From the NCBI GenBank assembly GCA_009103225.1, contig RHPI01002071.1:26281-87737 (forward strand): DNA of 61,457 bases. The letters are read 5' to 3'. This document shows positions 1 to 11,985 of this stretch, piece after piece; the stretch's first letter is position 1; every line of letters begins with the position of its first letter. A program made the translations under genes and the position numbers. The notes under the pieces were generated by a model. The model was not told the DNA's origin. It worked only from the letters and a program-made list of their open reading frames with translations, and ran no database searches. Source of the DNA: Chlorokybus atmophyticus (taxonomy: Eukaryota; Plantae; Mesostigma and Chlorokybus algae).

Positions 1-2047
1 AGGGACACACCTGTTTACATGCATAAGAACTGCCTCGGAACTGCCTCATAGGCCGCACTGGACATTCATGGGTTCATGGCTCATGGGCCGCACTTGACAG
101 CCTGCCTAGTGAGTGCGGTGTATGAGCTCAAGTCGGACTAATATGTACACATGAGTTTGTACATACGTGTGCCACAACGAGACATGTGCACTTGGACGCG
201 TGCATGCATGTGTGTGCGCAGATGCTTGCACGTGCGTATGTGCTTGCGAAAGCGCCCCCCCTCCCCCCCTCCCCCTCCTTCTTCGTTCCTTTCCCTCCCC
301 CGCTTACCTTGAGGTCCAGCTGCAGCGCCCCGGGTGTTGCACCGTGCGAAAAGCAGCAGCATCGGGCTGTCCCCACCGATGGTGACGCCCTTGATAACCA
401 CTGCGCTGTTTTTTGCGCGGCGTAGGGGGCAGGCCCTCCGCGGGCCTGGCAAGGGTAGTGTTGAGGACATGTGTGTGAGGGATTTGCTTAGCCATAGACA
501 CGCACGCATGAACACGCACACGCGAGCACCTGCAGATACCCGGCGCGGGCAGCGTTCAGCAGGTGGAGACATGCGCGTGTGTGTTGGCAAGCGCACATGC
601 GTGTGCTCGCATGCAAGAGACCCTCCATCTTTATTAGACGGGGAAAGGCCGTGTCGCCCGGCAGCAGCCTGCGTGTTACATATACACAATGGATCCGTTG
701 ACTAGGCATCGCTGAGAGGCACTCGTCAGTGCGGTCTATGAGCCCGCCTTTAACTGTCTCACAGGCTGCGCTGATCAGCCTGTGAGACAGTTGGTATATA
801 CCATGAGCCGACCCTAATAAGCGTATGTACATGCATGGGTGACGCTGAGCCCATGAAAGAGAGCAAGGCAGAGTAAGAGAACATGCATTCAATGATTGAC
901 GGTTGCATGCGCATGCTTGTAGACAGGCATTTGGCATGTGGCTCTAACTCTTCACGACGCACATGCTTACATGCTTGTCCGCAGAAGTCAGTTGCACTGG
1001 TTACTACAGCCCCTTTGCTGCTTCCTGGATGCAACTGCAAGCTGGTGATGGTCGGACAGATGGTGACAAATCAACCTCTCACGCAACCGACATTGCATTG
1101 AACGCGAGTTGTAGTCGCATACCTGTCATAGACACTTGTTCAGGTAGGCCCGTATATTGCAGGAGTGTCTCCTGCATAGCCAGCACAAGAGGTTATCTCT
1201 GATTACATGCCAATGTAGTATCTGATATATTGACGTGGCCAAGTATGACGCAGGTAATACGATCACATGTACACGTGTCATGTTCGTGCCGGAGTGCTCA
1301 TGTAGTAATAGTGCACAACAAGAGCCATGAAGCAAGCATGAACAAGTAGTACCTGCTTGGACGGTATTGCAATGGCTGTGCAACCGGGCCAGAATAGCGC
1401 GTGCACGGCTGTAAATCTTTAAAGCCTTCTGACCGACCTGAATGACAATGAGATTGACTATTGTGCACGTGCATTCACACAAGCAACACTGGCTGCTCTA
1501 AGCACAGTCACTTTGCAAAAGCATGCAACACAGGACAAAGCTGTGACCAACACACAAGCGATAATTGCTTATCGCTTGTGGACATGCTGAGGAGAGCACG
1601 CATGCAAACTCCTGTCCGTTCATAAAGTGTGCAGGCGTGCATACGACATAACACGGCAGCAACCATTCAAGGTGGTGGTTGCTGCTGCTACAGCGGCTGT
1701 AGCAGCAGCAGCAACTTGCTGTTGCCATGCTATGTTTGATTTGCTGTTGGGAGGTCATGTTTACAGCAAGCACAAGCACAACCACATGAAGAACATCAAT
1801 GTCATCCACAGCCACACACCAGTGACAAGAGTGCAAACAACGGCAGCTGTACCGGCAACAACTGCAGCAGCTGCTGTTACCAATGCCAACAACGCTTAAG
1901 CTTTAAGCAACCTCCTACAGTACAGCATGCAATAATCGATCACCACCACTAAGCACATACCTTTCCGAGCACCGCCTCCAGCTCCAGTAGCTTGCAGGTT
2001 GCAACGCAGTGTCGCAAGCAGTGCCTCACTGCGACCTCAGTTGCGAT

Positions 2048-2523
2048 CAGGGTTTTAGCACGGGATAAGTACAAGTACAGCCGTACTGCTTTGCTGACGT
2101 GTGTAAGGCCGCGACCCAATCATGTCAGCTACGTTCGCTCACTGCGTACTTTTGACCCAATGGACGCAAGCGACGGGGTGCACTGTACCTGGTCCCACGA
2201 CGCGGCTGCATACGGACCAGGTCTAGTTTACGACACCTGTACCCTGCTGCACCAGTGCTGGTGTGGTTCGTAGTTAGTGGCGGGCGCGACCAGCCCTGGT
2301 CCTGCTGATCGCATGCTTACTGTGCCAGTACACTACTGTGCCAGTACACTGTACCGCCGTGGTTCATAGGCCGCGACCAGCCCTGGTCCGGTCAATCGGA
2401 CCAGGCCGTCCGGCTCCGAAGCGGGACCACCGTCACGCCGGACCAGTCGCGGCACTTGTACCCACAGCGTACCAGACGTGGTCTGCGGGCCGCGTACGAC
2501 TGGTCCGCGCGTTAAAAGCCCTG
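2048..2523. mobile_element. Probable hAT-type MITE (non-autonomous DNA transposon, ~476 bp)
   Basis: Imperfect terminal inverted repeats: CAGGGTTTTAGCACG at 2048 versus the reverse complement of the right end, CAGGGCTTTTAACGCG (ending 2523). The interior is full of GGACCAG/CTGGTCC motifs in both orientations. The 8-bp flanks (GTTGCGAT / TGCTGATG) are not a clean TSD. Confidence 0.5.
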
Positions 2524-2963
2524 TGCTGATGCATCTGCCACCAACACCAGGGGAGGTTGCCAACAGTTTGAAGACTCCGTCAATAGGTTTAACATTCACT
2601 TAACAGTATCAAATGCGATACAACATGGATGCAGGAGGGACGCCCACGATAGACCAGGCCAGCCTTTGGCGATTCCTTTGACGTCTTCATCGTCACCTGC
2701 CGGACGCTATCTGGGTCCAGGCATGGCCATCACCAACCAATGTGGAAATCTGGGCACAAGAAACGCTTGAAGGCTATTCAACAAGATCCCACGATTAGCT
2801 ATCCGCTGGACGCTTACTTGCTACATGACGACCATGCCCGTTTGAATAATGCCATCACTGCACGTGTACACACCCTGGCCCACCTGGTCCACTCAGTATT
2901 AGAACTCCTACAGTTGTCTCCACAACAACCAACGCAACTAAGTAGCCTGAAGGCATGTTGTCA

Positions 2964-3567
2964 TGTCATCCCATTGCCCGCGCATACCAGCCTTCATCGA
3001 GCATGCCTACATCGAACCCATCGTCCAGCCTACCAGCATACTAGCGCGCGCGCGGAGCTGACCAGTAGCTAGGTCATGACTCCGGAGTAGCTCACGACCA
3101 TAGCCTACATATGCACCGCGCGTAGCTATTTGGTTGTGAGTTCAGTCATAAGTTGTGTTCTATATCGAGTGGCGATTGCTGTGGAAATAGCCTCGATATG
3201 ACCATTAGCTTATGTTCTAAACAGTCATGATTTAACTTGTATAAGTAGTCACAGTGCTCACGGGATCAGCTAGTGACACTGTGAGTGAGAAAGCTAAGAG
3301 CTTGTGAAACGACTTAAACTGCGAACTCGCCATCCCGGTTATCAAGAACCCCCTCACTGTGTGAGAGCCAGTGCATGCTCATGTGTGCATCATGCTCATC
3401 ATTGCTGTGAGCTTGGTGTGTCTATTTGCACTCTGTTTGTTGGCATCAGTTAGGGCATAGTATTCACGTGTTGCTTGCTCATTCACCTCACTCAACAGTG
3501 TAACACATTTTCCGCTTATGCAACCAGCTGCTTAAACAGCACTACCTTTAGTAGTGCTTTGTTGACT
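2964..3567 (+). repeat. Terminal repeat 'B' (copy 1)
   Basis: Colinear, roughly 85% identical by eye, with the reverse complement of 10893-11497. Starts with TG. Confidence 0.85.
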
Positions 3568-4150
3568 CACAGTGTCACCCTCTTTGCTCAAATGAGTGCG
3601 TTGCATTCTGCATCAGATAGTGCAGTCTGTTTCTGGGGACACATCCTTGTGCATTTATCATCATTGTCATTAAATAGTGCGCACACAAGCACGAGTGTGG
3701 TTAGTGGTAGCGGCATTGAGACAGGCAGCAGAGCACAAATACTCTACCCTGCATACACTTTCACATGTGGACGAGCTGTATACGAGCAGGCCCACCCCGT
3801 TCTCTCCAGTAGACAAGGGTGACCTCAGCAGCTGGAGCCCAACCTCCAACCTCACCTACAAGCGGCCAGCGACGGGAGCAACGATCGTAGCAGCAGAGGC
3901 TCACGTTCTGTCTCTGACTTCACTCCGTTCCTGTCTACTCCTCGGCATCGAGCTTCCCCACTCTCGTCCGACAGTGACGACTACGAGATGGAGTCTTCCA
4001 GCTCAACCACGTCCCTGCGCTTTTTCGGACGTGCTGGCACTACCTCACTGGACGAATTCATCATCAACTTCCATTCCAAGATGAGACAGCAAACTCTGAA
4101 CAAGAAAGACTGGTCAAATTGAGATTTCTTTTTACATTGCTGCTCAGTAT

Positions 4151-5725
4151 GTGGACCATGAAGCACATGATGCCTGGAAGTCTGTTGCTGAACTGCATCG
4201 AGTTGATGGCTATGGTGAGCTCGCCAGTATCATAGCATCTGCGTCATTGCATAGTCCAGCAGCCGTCCTTCCACCTGCCACTTCCGCTGCAATCATCGGA
4301 TTGTCCATAGCGGCAGCCATTGACAGAGCAGAGGAGGAGGAACCTGTGTCTATAATCGTCAACTTAACCCCTGCAGAGATTGAGATCAAGACGGCCGCGC
4401 GACAAGCCCAAATTCTGGACCGTTCTGCTGCCATTCTCGAAGAACAACGAACTGCAGCCGTTGAGGTGGGCACACCCCTACCTTTAGCAACACCTGGCTC
4501 TCGTGCGGGGGGCAGTGCTTTCACCCTCGGGTCAGTCGCACTGCGCGCACCAGCCATCACTGTAGGTGCTGCCATCTTTGACTCTCCACTCACGGACCTA
4601 TACGCTGCACTTCGTCGCACCTTCCCAACGCAGACCACTAGTAAAGTGGAGGAGTTGAGGCGGTTCCGATGCAAGCCCAACGAGGACCCCCTACGCCTAT
4701 ACTCCAAACTGGAAGGGCTGTTGAAGGACACTAACTACAAGATCGTTAGTCACGAGGCTGCTGCAGTGGTATATGCCAATGAGATGGATGCCACCCTGAG
4801 CGAGTCGACGCGCCTGACCCTGAACTACAGCAGGCCCCTTGGCTACACGGTCAAGGAAGCTTTCGTGACTGCACAAGCCATCCATAAGCGCTTGGTGTAT
4901 GAGAAGGCAGTGCTGGACACCAACCACAGCGCCTGACGGCCTGTAGCCAGCACAACTGCCGAGCCTCCTCACCGCGAACGTGGCCGGGATGCTCCACCAG
5001 CACGCGACAAAGGGAAACGGTCAGCGCATACTGCTTTGCCTGCCCCCGTGCTGTGTCATCGCTGTGGACGGCATGGGCACTACCACAAGGAGTACACCAA
5101 AGAATACTCAACTCTGATCTGCGACCACTGTTACAAGACATGCTACTTGAAGTCAGTCTGCTGGCTCAAGTTCCCTAAGTTGAGACCCGCCAACAACTAC
5201 AACGGCAACAACTCTGGTGGCTACAACAACAATTATACCGGAGGCCATAACAACACCAACAACTGCGCCAACGCTCGCAAGGAAGAGCAAGGCTACAGCG
5301 GGAAGAATCGCCCTCCTCAGCGCAAGGTACTGGAAGGACGTCCGCGCGCTACTGCTGTTGCCGCCAAGGCTCCAGCCAACCCGCCAGCTGATGACCATAT
5401 GGCTGCCCTTATGGCGCATATGGCACGCTTGGAGGAAGACAAGGAGCAGGTCTACCGCGCCTGCTACTCTGCTCAGTGGGCATTGATGGCTTTAAAGCGC
5501 ACGAAAGACATCAGCACGCCGTTATGTATTCAACCATCTCGACGAGTTCAATGGGAAGCCGCAACATCGTCGGCAGCTACCTCCTCTGAAGCCACCAGTG
5601 GTGCTGCACCAGCCGCAACAGTTACACCCGCTACGCCGTCGATTCCGTCAACGTCAGCAACAATTGCTCCAATTTCACTAGATATTGGTATACCAGTGAG
5701 CACCGTAACGCCAACACATTGGTGA
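4151..5725 (+). pseudogene. gag: Gag (capsid-like region plus two degenerate CCHC zinc knuckles), with stops/frameshifts
   Basis: ORF 4151-4936 (DLYAALRRTFPTQTTSKVEELRRFRCKPNEDPLRLYSKLEGLL) is helical and Gag-like. ORF 5036-5725 has CHRCGRHGHYHKEY and CDHCYKTCYLKSVC, followed by an N/G-rich and T/A/P-rich linker. Confidence 0.7.
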
Positions 5726-7966
5726 GCACGCTGGCAACAGCCACTGCTGTCACCCACCCTACAGCAGTAGGTCGCACCGATCCCGCTGCAGCTGCAGGAC
5801 CACCTGTGTTTGCAAGCGTAAATACCACTCTCACGCCATTGAGCGGCACTCTCGCCACCACCGGCAGTGCCATCGTCAAGCCTGCTTCCAGCTGCGAAGC
5901 GCGCAGCTGCATTGCCCGCTCTCGACATTACTCAAGCTGTCCCGCGAGGTCAGCAAGCTAAGCGTGCTTGGGAGACCATCATGCGTGGAGCAAATCCCAC
6001 TACCATTGCTTTTGGGCGCGGAGGGGAGCGCACAACACGCGTTGAACGCAGTGACCGCGTCTTTCCATTGCATGAATATCACACCCTGTCAGAACAGACT
6101 CAGCGGCAACTAGAGGATGAAATTCTCGCCGGCACGGCGCCTCCCATGCGAGACCGTGTTTTTGTGGTCAGAACACCTGTTGTACTGGAGTTGGCACTAC
6201 AGCTGTTCTAAACTCTGCATAACAACATGCAGACTGCGCCACACGCCAGCCCGCACTAGTCCGTCATGTTCCCTTTAAGCTAAGCCCGCTGTACACGTAT
6301 TGGGACCGGCAACCCAACGTACAGCAGCACATCGCTGATACAGCCGACATGCCTCTGGGTGACAATGAAGCACTGAGACCCCTCAGTACCGTTCAGCTTC
6401 GTGAGCGCTACACCGCTCTGGAACAGGCGTTCACCTAGCGACAGGATCAAGCGGCAGCAATCAATACAAGAGCGCAAGCCCTTGCCAATGCTCGCGCTAG
6501 CGATCTTCAACCCACGGTTGCTGGCCCACCATCCAGCACAACACCTCTCGTCGGTGAGCCCGACATTGACCAGGTGCGGACGCTGGCCAAATAAGCCATT
6601 TGGGTGATCACCCCGCTGCTACCCGCCTTGTTGAGAGACTTGTCGGACGGTTAACGGGATTCAGGGAGAGGCTACCTCACACCACAAGGGTGTACACAAC
6701 GAGATGGAGCAGGCTTAATCGGAAAACAGCAACTTCGCGCAGCCCTGTTGCGACAAGCAACCATGCTACATCGACAAGAAGGCATCGGCCTGAGACGGAT
6801 GTTGTGGATGCGAGAAGGTGTCAATGCAGCTCGCGCAAGAATAGTGACTTGGCTAGTCACCACTTACCCCGCAGTCCCTTTGTTCGCATTCGGCACTAGA
6901 TTGTTATGGTTGAACGCCTTCCTTCGCTCGCTACGGCAAGCCTATGCCGAGGTTGCCTCGGCAGCTATTAACGCCTTAAAAGGAGCTCAAGAGGCCATAC
7001 TGAGGTTGCCAAGGGTGGAAGCAGCGCGGCAACGCAGACGCTTCGCAGCTGCTTATAAGCAGCATGTTCAACAGCCAGAGATTTACCTCACTGTGCGGGC
7101 ACGAGCAACAACGGCTGCTGAAAGTGGGGGTGGTCAATGGCAAATGCACTTGTCGAAATGGGTTTCGGCAATCCAGGTTGGATCCGCAACTTTGTAATGA
7201 TCGAAGCCGGACATTATTTGCGGATTTCGCAAATTTTACGGCGGATCTGTATATATGTTGTAGCTGCAGCCGGTGATTTATTGCGACCTGTCACAAATGG
7301 AAATCCGCCGGTAACGATCGTAAGTACCGGATCCCCAATAACGTTGAGAATTCGGTGTTTACATAATGAAAGGTTCAGGCCGTGAGAAAGACTTGTGTAA
7401 GTCGCAATCGCAGTTGTGACCAATTCGTCAACAATGCGTCTTTACTCCCTAACGCAATTGAGGACTCCACGATAACATCAAAATGCATTTAGGTTGCATG
7501 CTAAAGCCGTACACATTCACATTGAAATTGTAACCGGTTCCATCAATGATACAAGACTTCATACATAACAAACCAGGAGCGCTAGGAACGATCCTTCCAT
7601 TGTTTTAAACCATAATAATATTACGACCTCATCATTGCCAAATTGCCGGTTCAACCCCGCGGCTATTTCGCCCCGCGGTCTGCTAGGAGCAGGCCGCGGG
7701 GCAAGCAAGTAAAAGGCTGCGACTTGCATGTATAATCATTGGTAAACTGTGGTAGCACAGAGGTAAACATGTAAAGACTTGACCCCAACTCCGCAAGCAA
7801 CCTTGCGCCAGCAGGTGACGCAGGGCGCATAATGCAAACATCTGTCGGTGATCTCGCGCTGTGATTAAACAGAACGGCAAGTCGAACAAAGTCTCCCTTC
7901 CCAAGTCCCCCCCTTTATATGTATATAATTGTGAATTCCACCTTCACCTTTATCTTTTATACAAAC

Positions 7967-7968
<2 letters not shown>

Positions 7969-8026
<58 letters not shown>

Positions 8027-8038
8027 ACACTACCGCGG

Positions 8039-8069
<31 letters not shown>

Positions 8070-8104
8070 ATGTATATGTATATATATGTATATATACATA
8101 TATC
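7969..8104. repeat. (TA)n microsatellite plus degenerate TATG/TA tract
   Basis: Direct reading of the sequence. Confidence 0.95.
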
Positions 8105-8336
8105 GGTAGTGCCGTTGTATGCAGCTGCTGGTGCATGCGTGATGCATGCATTGAGGCAGCCGCTATAAAGGTTATACAAACGCGTTGCAAGATGTCTCGT
8201 GTCCTCGTAGTCTAGCCGGTCAATGTCTAGGTCGTATGCTGTTGCGTATTAATGCATCAGACTCTCCCGCGCAGGTACAAAATCCGGCAACGGAAGAATG
8301 AAAACCCATGTGCGGTGGCTCTTTTGGTTTTTCGCC

Positions 8337-8725
8337 GCAAACTGCGGCCATGACATTTCTGGTTAGATCACGCATTAAGATTAATCCCCTTGATACATGA
8401 TCTAACTAAAATGAGTGTAGGATATGGCTGTTATGAAGTTCAAGAAAAGTCGAATAACAAACTGAATGCACACCAGCTAGTTGACCTTAATGGCAGCTCG
8501 ATACCAAACAAAGTTGTGGCTGCAGCAGCAAAACTGCGGCCATAACATTACTAGTTAGATCACGCATTAAGATTAATCCCCTTGATACATGATCTAACCA
8601 AAATTAGTGTAGGATATGGCTGTTATGAAGTTCAAGAAAAGACGGATCTTGAACTTAATGCACACCAGCTAGTTGACCTTAATGGCAGCACGATACCAAA
8701 CAAAGTTGTGGCTGCAGCAGCAAAA
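8337..8725 (+). repeat. Tandem duplication, period 192 bp (2 copies)
   Basis: GCAAAACTGCGGCCAT...GTTGTGGCTGCAGCA at 8337 and again at 8529, with few mismatches. Confidence 0.9.
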
Positions 8726-8894
8726 AGTGCAAAAATGGATATGTTGCTTGCATATGGATCCCCAATTAAGTTATAGCTGGATCTCCATTTCAATTGTGGG
8801 CAAGGCTAGATTGTTGGGGGGCTATTTCTCTGGTGATGGGATGCCTACATGGCAAGGATCCCAAGGGCTCCCACCATCACCCACGACATAAGAG

Positions 8895-9343
8895 TGTAGA
8901 GATGCGTTGACAAACCGACACATGCACATGTGTGCACGCCACCCAACACCAACGCCAAGAGGCTGCAACAACAAGACTAAGACTAAGACCATCTATTGCC
9001 ATTATGTCCGCGGGTTTTATACCCGCCAGGAATACACCTGTCTACTCTAGAAGCCACCACGTTTGCTACACTTATTTGAATGCTGCGTTGTAAGAAGCAT
9101 CTCGTAGCTACTTTCAAGGGCTATCTACTAAGCTCTAGAACGTCCAAGTCGGTGCAGTAATCACCGAGTTATGACGATTCTCGTGCAGGTCGGGAAGTTG
9201 CCAGACTCCGGACTCGAGTCCGCGCCTGGAACCCTCACGTGCCTGGAACTTCCGACTTGAGTCCTCGCCCAGAGCCTTCTCGCGGCCATTCCTATTCAAA
9301 GGGCAAGCTGACCGTTCGCCTGGATGTAGGAATGTTTTTAACA
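8895..9343. mobile_element. Solo LTR (449 bp) nested in Gypsy copy 1
   Basis: Starts TGTAG and ends TAACA, flanked by a perfect 5-bp TSD AAGAG (8890-8894 and 9344-9348). Removing it restores colinearity with copy 3. Confidence 0.85.
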
Positions 9344-9651
9344 AAGAGCGCGGCTCTTGCGCGCAGTATATCTCTAGCCCATGCCTCAGAATCACCGCTT
9401 GGGTGACATGGTCAACAACCCAACAGCTACATGGGAAGGTACACTAGTCAGGGAGGCAGCTCATGCAGCACGCTGGACTTATGTGGAAGAACAGGCTGCA
9501 CGGGAGGCGGGCCCACAAACACCCGATCCTCCAGAGTTTCCCCAACAGCTACTGGCTACGCCGCCAAGAATAACACGGCCACACAGAGGCGTAGTCCCTG
9601 CGCCACAACCCGAGCAGCCACACGCAGCACCGCCAGCACCCAAGCCACAGC

Positions 9652-10185
9652 GTGTTTATCAACAGCCAAAACAAGGACGGTTCGGGTCAGGCCGCGGTGA
9701 AAGGTTCTCAAGATCCAGCTGGTCGAGGGGCGCTTGCCGCACTGCGCTCGACACCACCGGAGGCGAATGCAGCAGCAGTCACCCCACGCACACGCTATCG
9801 ACGATTCAAGCGGCTGCGCATCCACACCAACGCAGCCATGATCGCCAACCAAGGCAAGCATGTCACTATTAATGAACGAGTACCCAAGCGTGTGATGCTG
9901 GACTCTGGAGCTCAGCCTGTCATCATCGGACGTTACTTCGCACGCAACCTTGGCATCACCAGCGCTGAGCTGATGCCGTGCCCATACGTGCTCGACACAG
10001 CAACCGGCAGCCGTGACAAGGTGATTGGCATGACCAAGCAAGCCCTCTGTATTCGCTTGACAGGAGTGGACCCTTCCCACAGCACCGAGGTCATACAGAA
10101 GTGTGTGGTCACCAACGTAGGAACCTTCACCCTGTTGCTAGGACAGGACTTCAACTTCCCTGTTGGCATGGGGCTGGAATGCTAG
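9652..10185 (+). pseudogene. Retroviral-type aspartic protease of Gypsy copy 1
   Basis: RVMLDSGAQPVIIGRYFARNLG (D-S-G-A catalytic motif) and the later FTLLLGQDF motif. Confidence 0.85.
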
Positions 10186-10666
10186 ACAGAGAAGGCATGG
10201 TTTCGTCCTCATTGGGATGAGGAGGAAGGAGAGGTTCAAGGATATTTCCTCTCGAGCTGGTGGCTTGCACTCGCTGTCACCGAAGGTCAGCTGCAACAGC
10301 TACATACAGGTCGTTGTTGACAACCGCTAACAGGTTAGCTGCAACAGCCACCCACATGTCGGTTTTAACAACCACTGACGGATCAGCTGCGGTGGTCACC
10401 CACAATTCTGGCCAAGACTCTCCTATCCGACACGACAAGTCACAGGAAGATGCCACTGAAGAAGTGGCCCACAAGAAACCAGTGGAACGCCGCTGGCGCA
10501 CAGAGGTGGTCGCACATCTACTACTGACAAAATTAATCAAACTGTAGTCCGCAAGCGCTGATAGCGGTGTGGCACCAGTGGTGGAAGTAAATCGTTGGGC
10601 TCATATTGGTGAGTGTGTCGATGACGCATAGCCTCAAGCACATCTCTGAGCACCCTGTCTTCATAT

Positions 10667-10900
10667 TGTCGGGTCGAGGAGAATCGAGGGTCACACTTTG
10701 TCGGGCCGCTGCAGGGAAAGACATGCTTGCTAGCCCTGTTGCTGCAACATGTTGTAACATGTAGCAAAAGTAAAAGATAACCCAGCTCGGATGGCGAGGA
10801 GTGCTTGGTGGAGCTACTCCGCTGTCGCTGAATTGCACAAACATGTGGAGGCGGTGTCCTCCTTAGTGTACATGCTGTGCTGTAGGACACACAGTCAATA
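10667..10900 (-). repeat. Terminal repeat 'A' (distal copy, 234 bp)
   Basis: Direct repeat of 11500-11733 and inverted relative to 41487-41717. Ends CCCGACA on the minus strand. Confidence 0.9.
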
Positions 10901-11497
10901 AGCCACTACTATAAGTAGTGCTGTTTATACAGTTCTTTGCATGAGCGGAAAATGTGTTACACTGTTAAGTGAGGTGAATGAGCAAGCAACACGCGGATAC
11001 TATGCCCTAACTGATGCCAACAAACACACTGCAACCAGGCACACCAAGCTCACAGTAATGACGAGCACGATGCACACACGAGCATGCATAGGCTCTCACA
11101 CAGTGAGGGGGTTCTAGGTAACCGGGATTGTGTGTTCGCAGTTGAAGTTGTTTCACAACCTCTTAGCTTTCTCACTCACAGTGTCACCAGCTGATCCGGT
11201 GAACACTGTGACCATTTATACAAGTCAAATCACGACTTTTCAGAATATACGCTAACGGTCATATCGAGGCTATTTTCACAGCAATCGCCACTCGATATGG
11301 AAAACAACTTATAACTGAACTCACAACTGAACAGCTACGCGCGGTGCCTATGTAGGCTATGGTCGTGAGCTACTCTGGAGTCATGACCTAGCTACTAGTC
11401 AGTGACGCGCGCGCGTTGGTATGCTGGTAGGCCGGGAGATGGGTTCGATGTAGGCATGCTCGATGAAGGCTGCTATGCGCGGGCAATAGGCATAACA
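10901..11497 (-). repeat. Terminal repeat 'B' (between the two A copies)
   Basis: Starts TGTTATG on the minus strand and is homologous to 2964-3560. Confidence 0.88.
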
Positions 11498-11499
11498 GG

Positions 11500-11733
11500 T
11501 ATCGGGTCGAGAAGAATCGAGGGTCACACTTTGTCGGGCCGCTGCAGGGAAAGACATGCTTGCTAGCCCTGTTGCTGCAACATGTTGTAACCTGTAACAA
11601 AAGTAAAAGGTAACCCAGCTCGGATTGCGCGGAGTGCTTGGTGGAGCTGCTCCGCTGTCGCTGCATCACACGGACATGTGGAGGCGGTGTCCTCCTTTGT
11701 GTACATGCTGTGCTATAGAACACACAGTCAACA
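11500..11733 (-). repeat. Terminal repeat 'A' (PPT-adjacent copy; LTR-like TGTTG...CGATA)
   Basis: Immediately follows the polypurine tract, with imperfect inverted ends as in LTRs. Confidence 0.88.
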
Positions 11734-11787
11734 AGCCACACCCCCCCTCTGACCTTCTGCGGAGGTTCCAGCTCCAAAGCTCAGTTG

Positions 11788-11985
11788 TTAGCGCAGGTGA
11801 GGAGGACCGTTGGTGCGGCTATCGTCGCACCAGTACTCCTCGATGGGTATTGCGTCCAATGGGGGCTCCACGCAGTAGCAATGCAGGCCCTTGTTACAGC
11901 CGTCGCAAAGCATCATGAGTGCGTCGTCCCCGGCGCTGCCGCAGCGTTTACAGCGTGTGCTGCGGGCGGGGCGAGGGTGCTGGAT
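11788..11985 (-). pseudogene. PHD finger at the C-terminus of integrase
   Basis: CKRCGSAGDDALMMLCDGCNKGLHCYCVEPPLDAIPIEEYWCDDS matches the C4HC3 PHD spacing, with the last Cys lost. Copy 3 retains WCDNC. Confidence 0.9.

Larger units (their letters stand above)
7135..8830. mobile_element. ~1.7-kb unclassified insertion into Gypsy copy 1
   Basis: Homology with copy 3 (around 38795-38815) stops near 7134 and resumes near 8833 (GATGGGATGCCTACATG). The insert is AT-richer and contains ATCCG/CGGAT motifs, a (TA)n tract and a 192-bp tandem duplication. No convincing TIR; possible 3-bp TGG duplication. Confidence 0.6.
5867..9872 (+). pseudogene. Unrecognised coding region of the Gypsy element between Gag and protease (interrupted at ~7135-8830 and 8895-9343)
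   Basis: Protein-level conservation with copy 3: EYHTLSEQTQRQLEDEILAGTAPPMRDRVF vs EYHTLPEPTQQQLQDEILAGIAPKMRDRLF; IVTWLVTTYPAVPLFAF vs LVTWLVANHPAVPMFAF; PTATWEGTLVREA in both. Confidence 0.65.
2964..10300 (+). mobile_element. Ty3/Gypsy LTR-retrotransposon, copy 1 (5' half: terminal repeat B, gag, extra coding region, protease), decayed and interrupted by two insertions
   Basis: Begins TGTCAT with a ~600-bp repeat also found inverted at 10901-11497. It has a gag-like ORF, zinc knuckles and an LDSGA protease, and is colinear with 37130-39414. Confidence 0.85.

Noticed and set aside
138-700. Host exon(s) on the minus strand near 309-447
   Set aside because: A GTAAG donor exists at 308, but there is no recognisable protein motif and the surroundings are low-complexity TG/CA sequence.
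2560-2960. Remnant of a non-LTR reverse transcriptase (RYLG)
   Set aside because: A single short motif with no supporting RT domains.
3438-3455. TGGCATCAG as a tRNA-iMet primer-binding site defining the end of an LTR inside repeat B
   Set aside because: It is not preceded by a CA terminus, the match is only 9 nt with a mismatch, and B homology continues ~120 bp beyond it.
7861-8215. YI-repeat ORFs
   Set aside because: These are translations of the (TA)n microsatellite.
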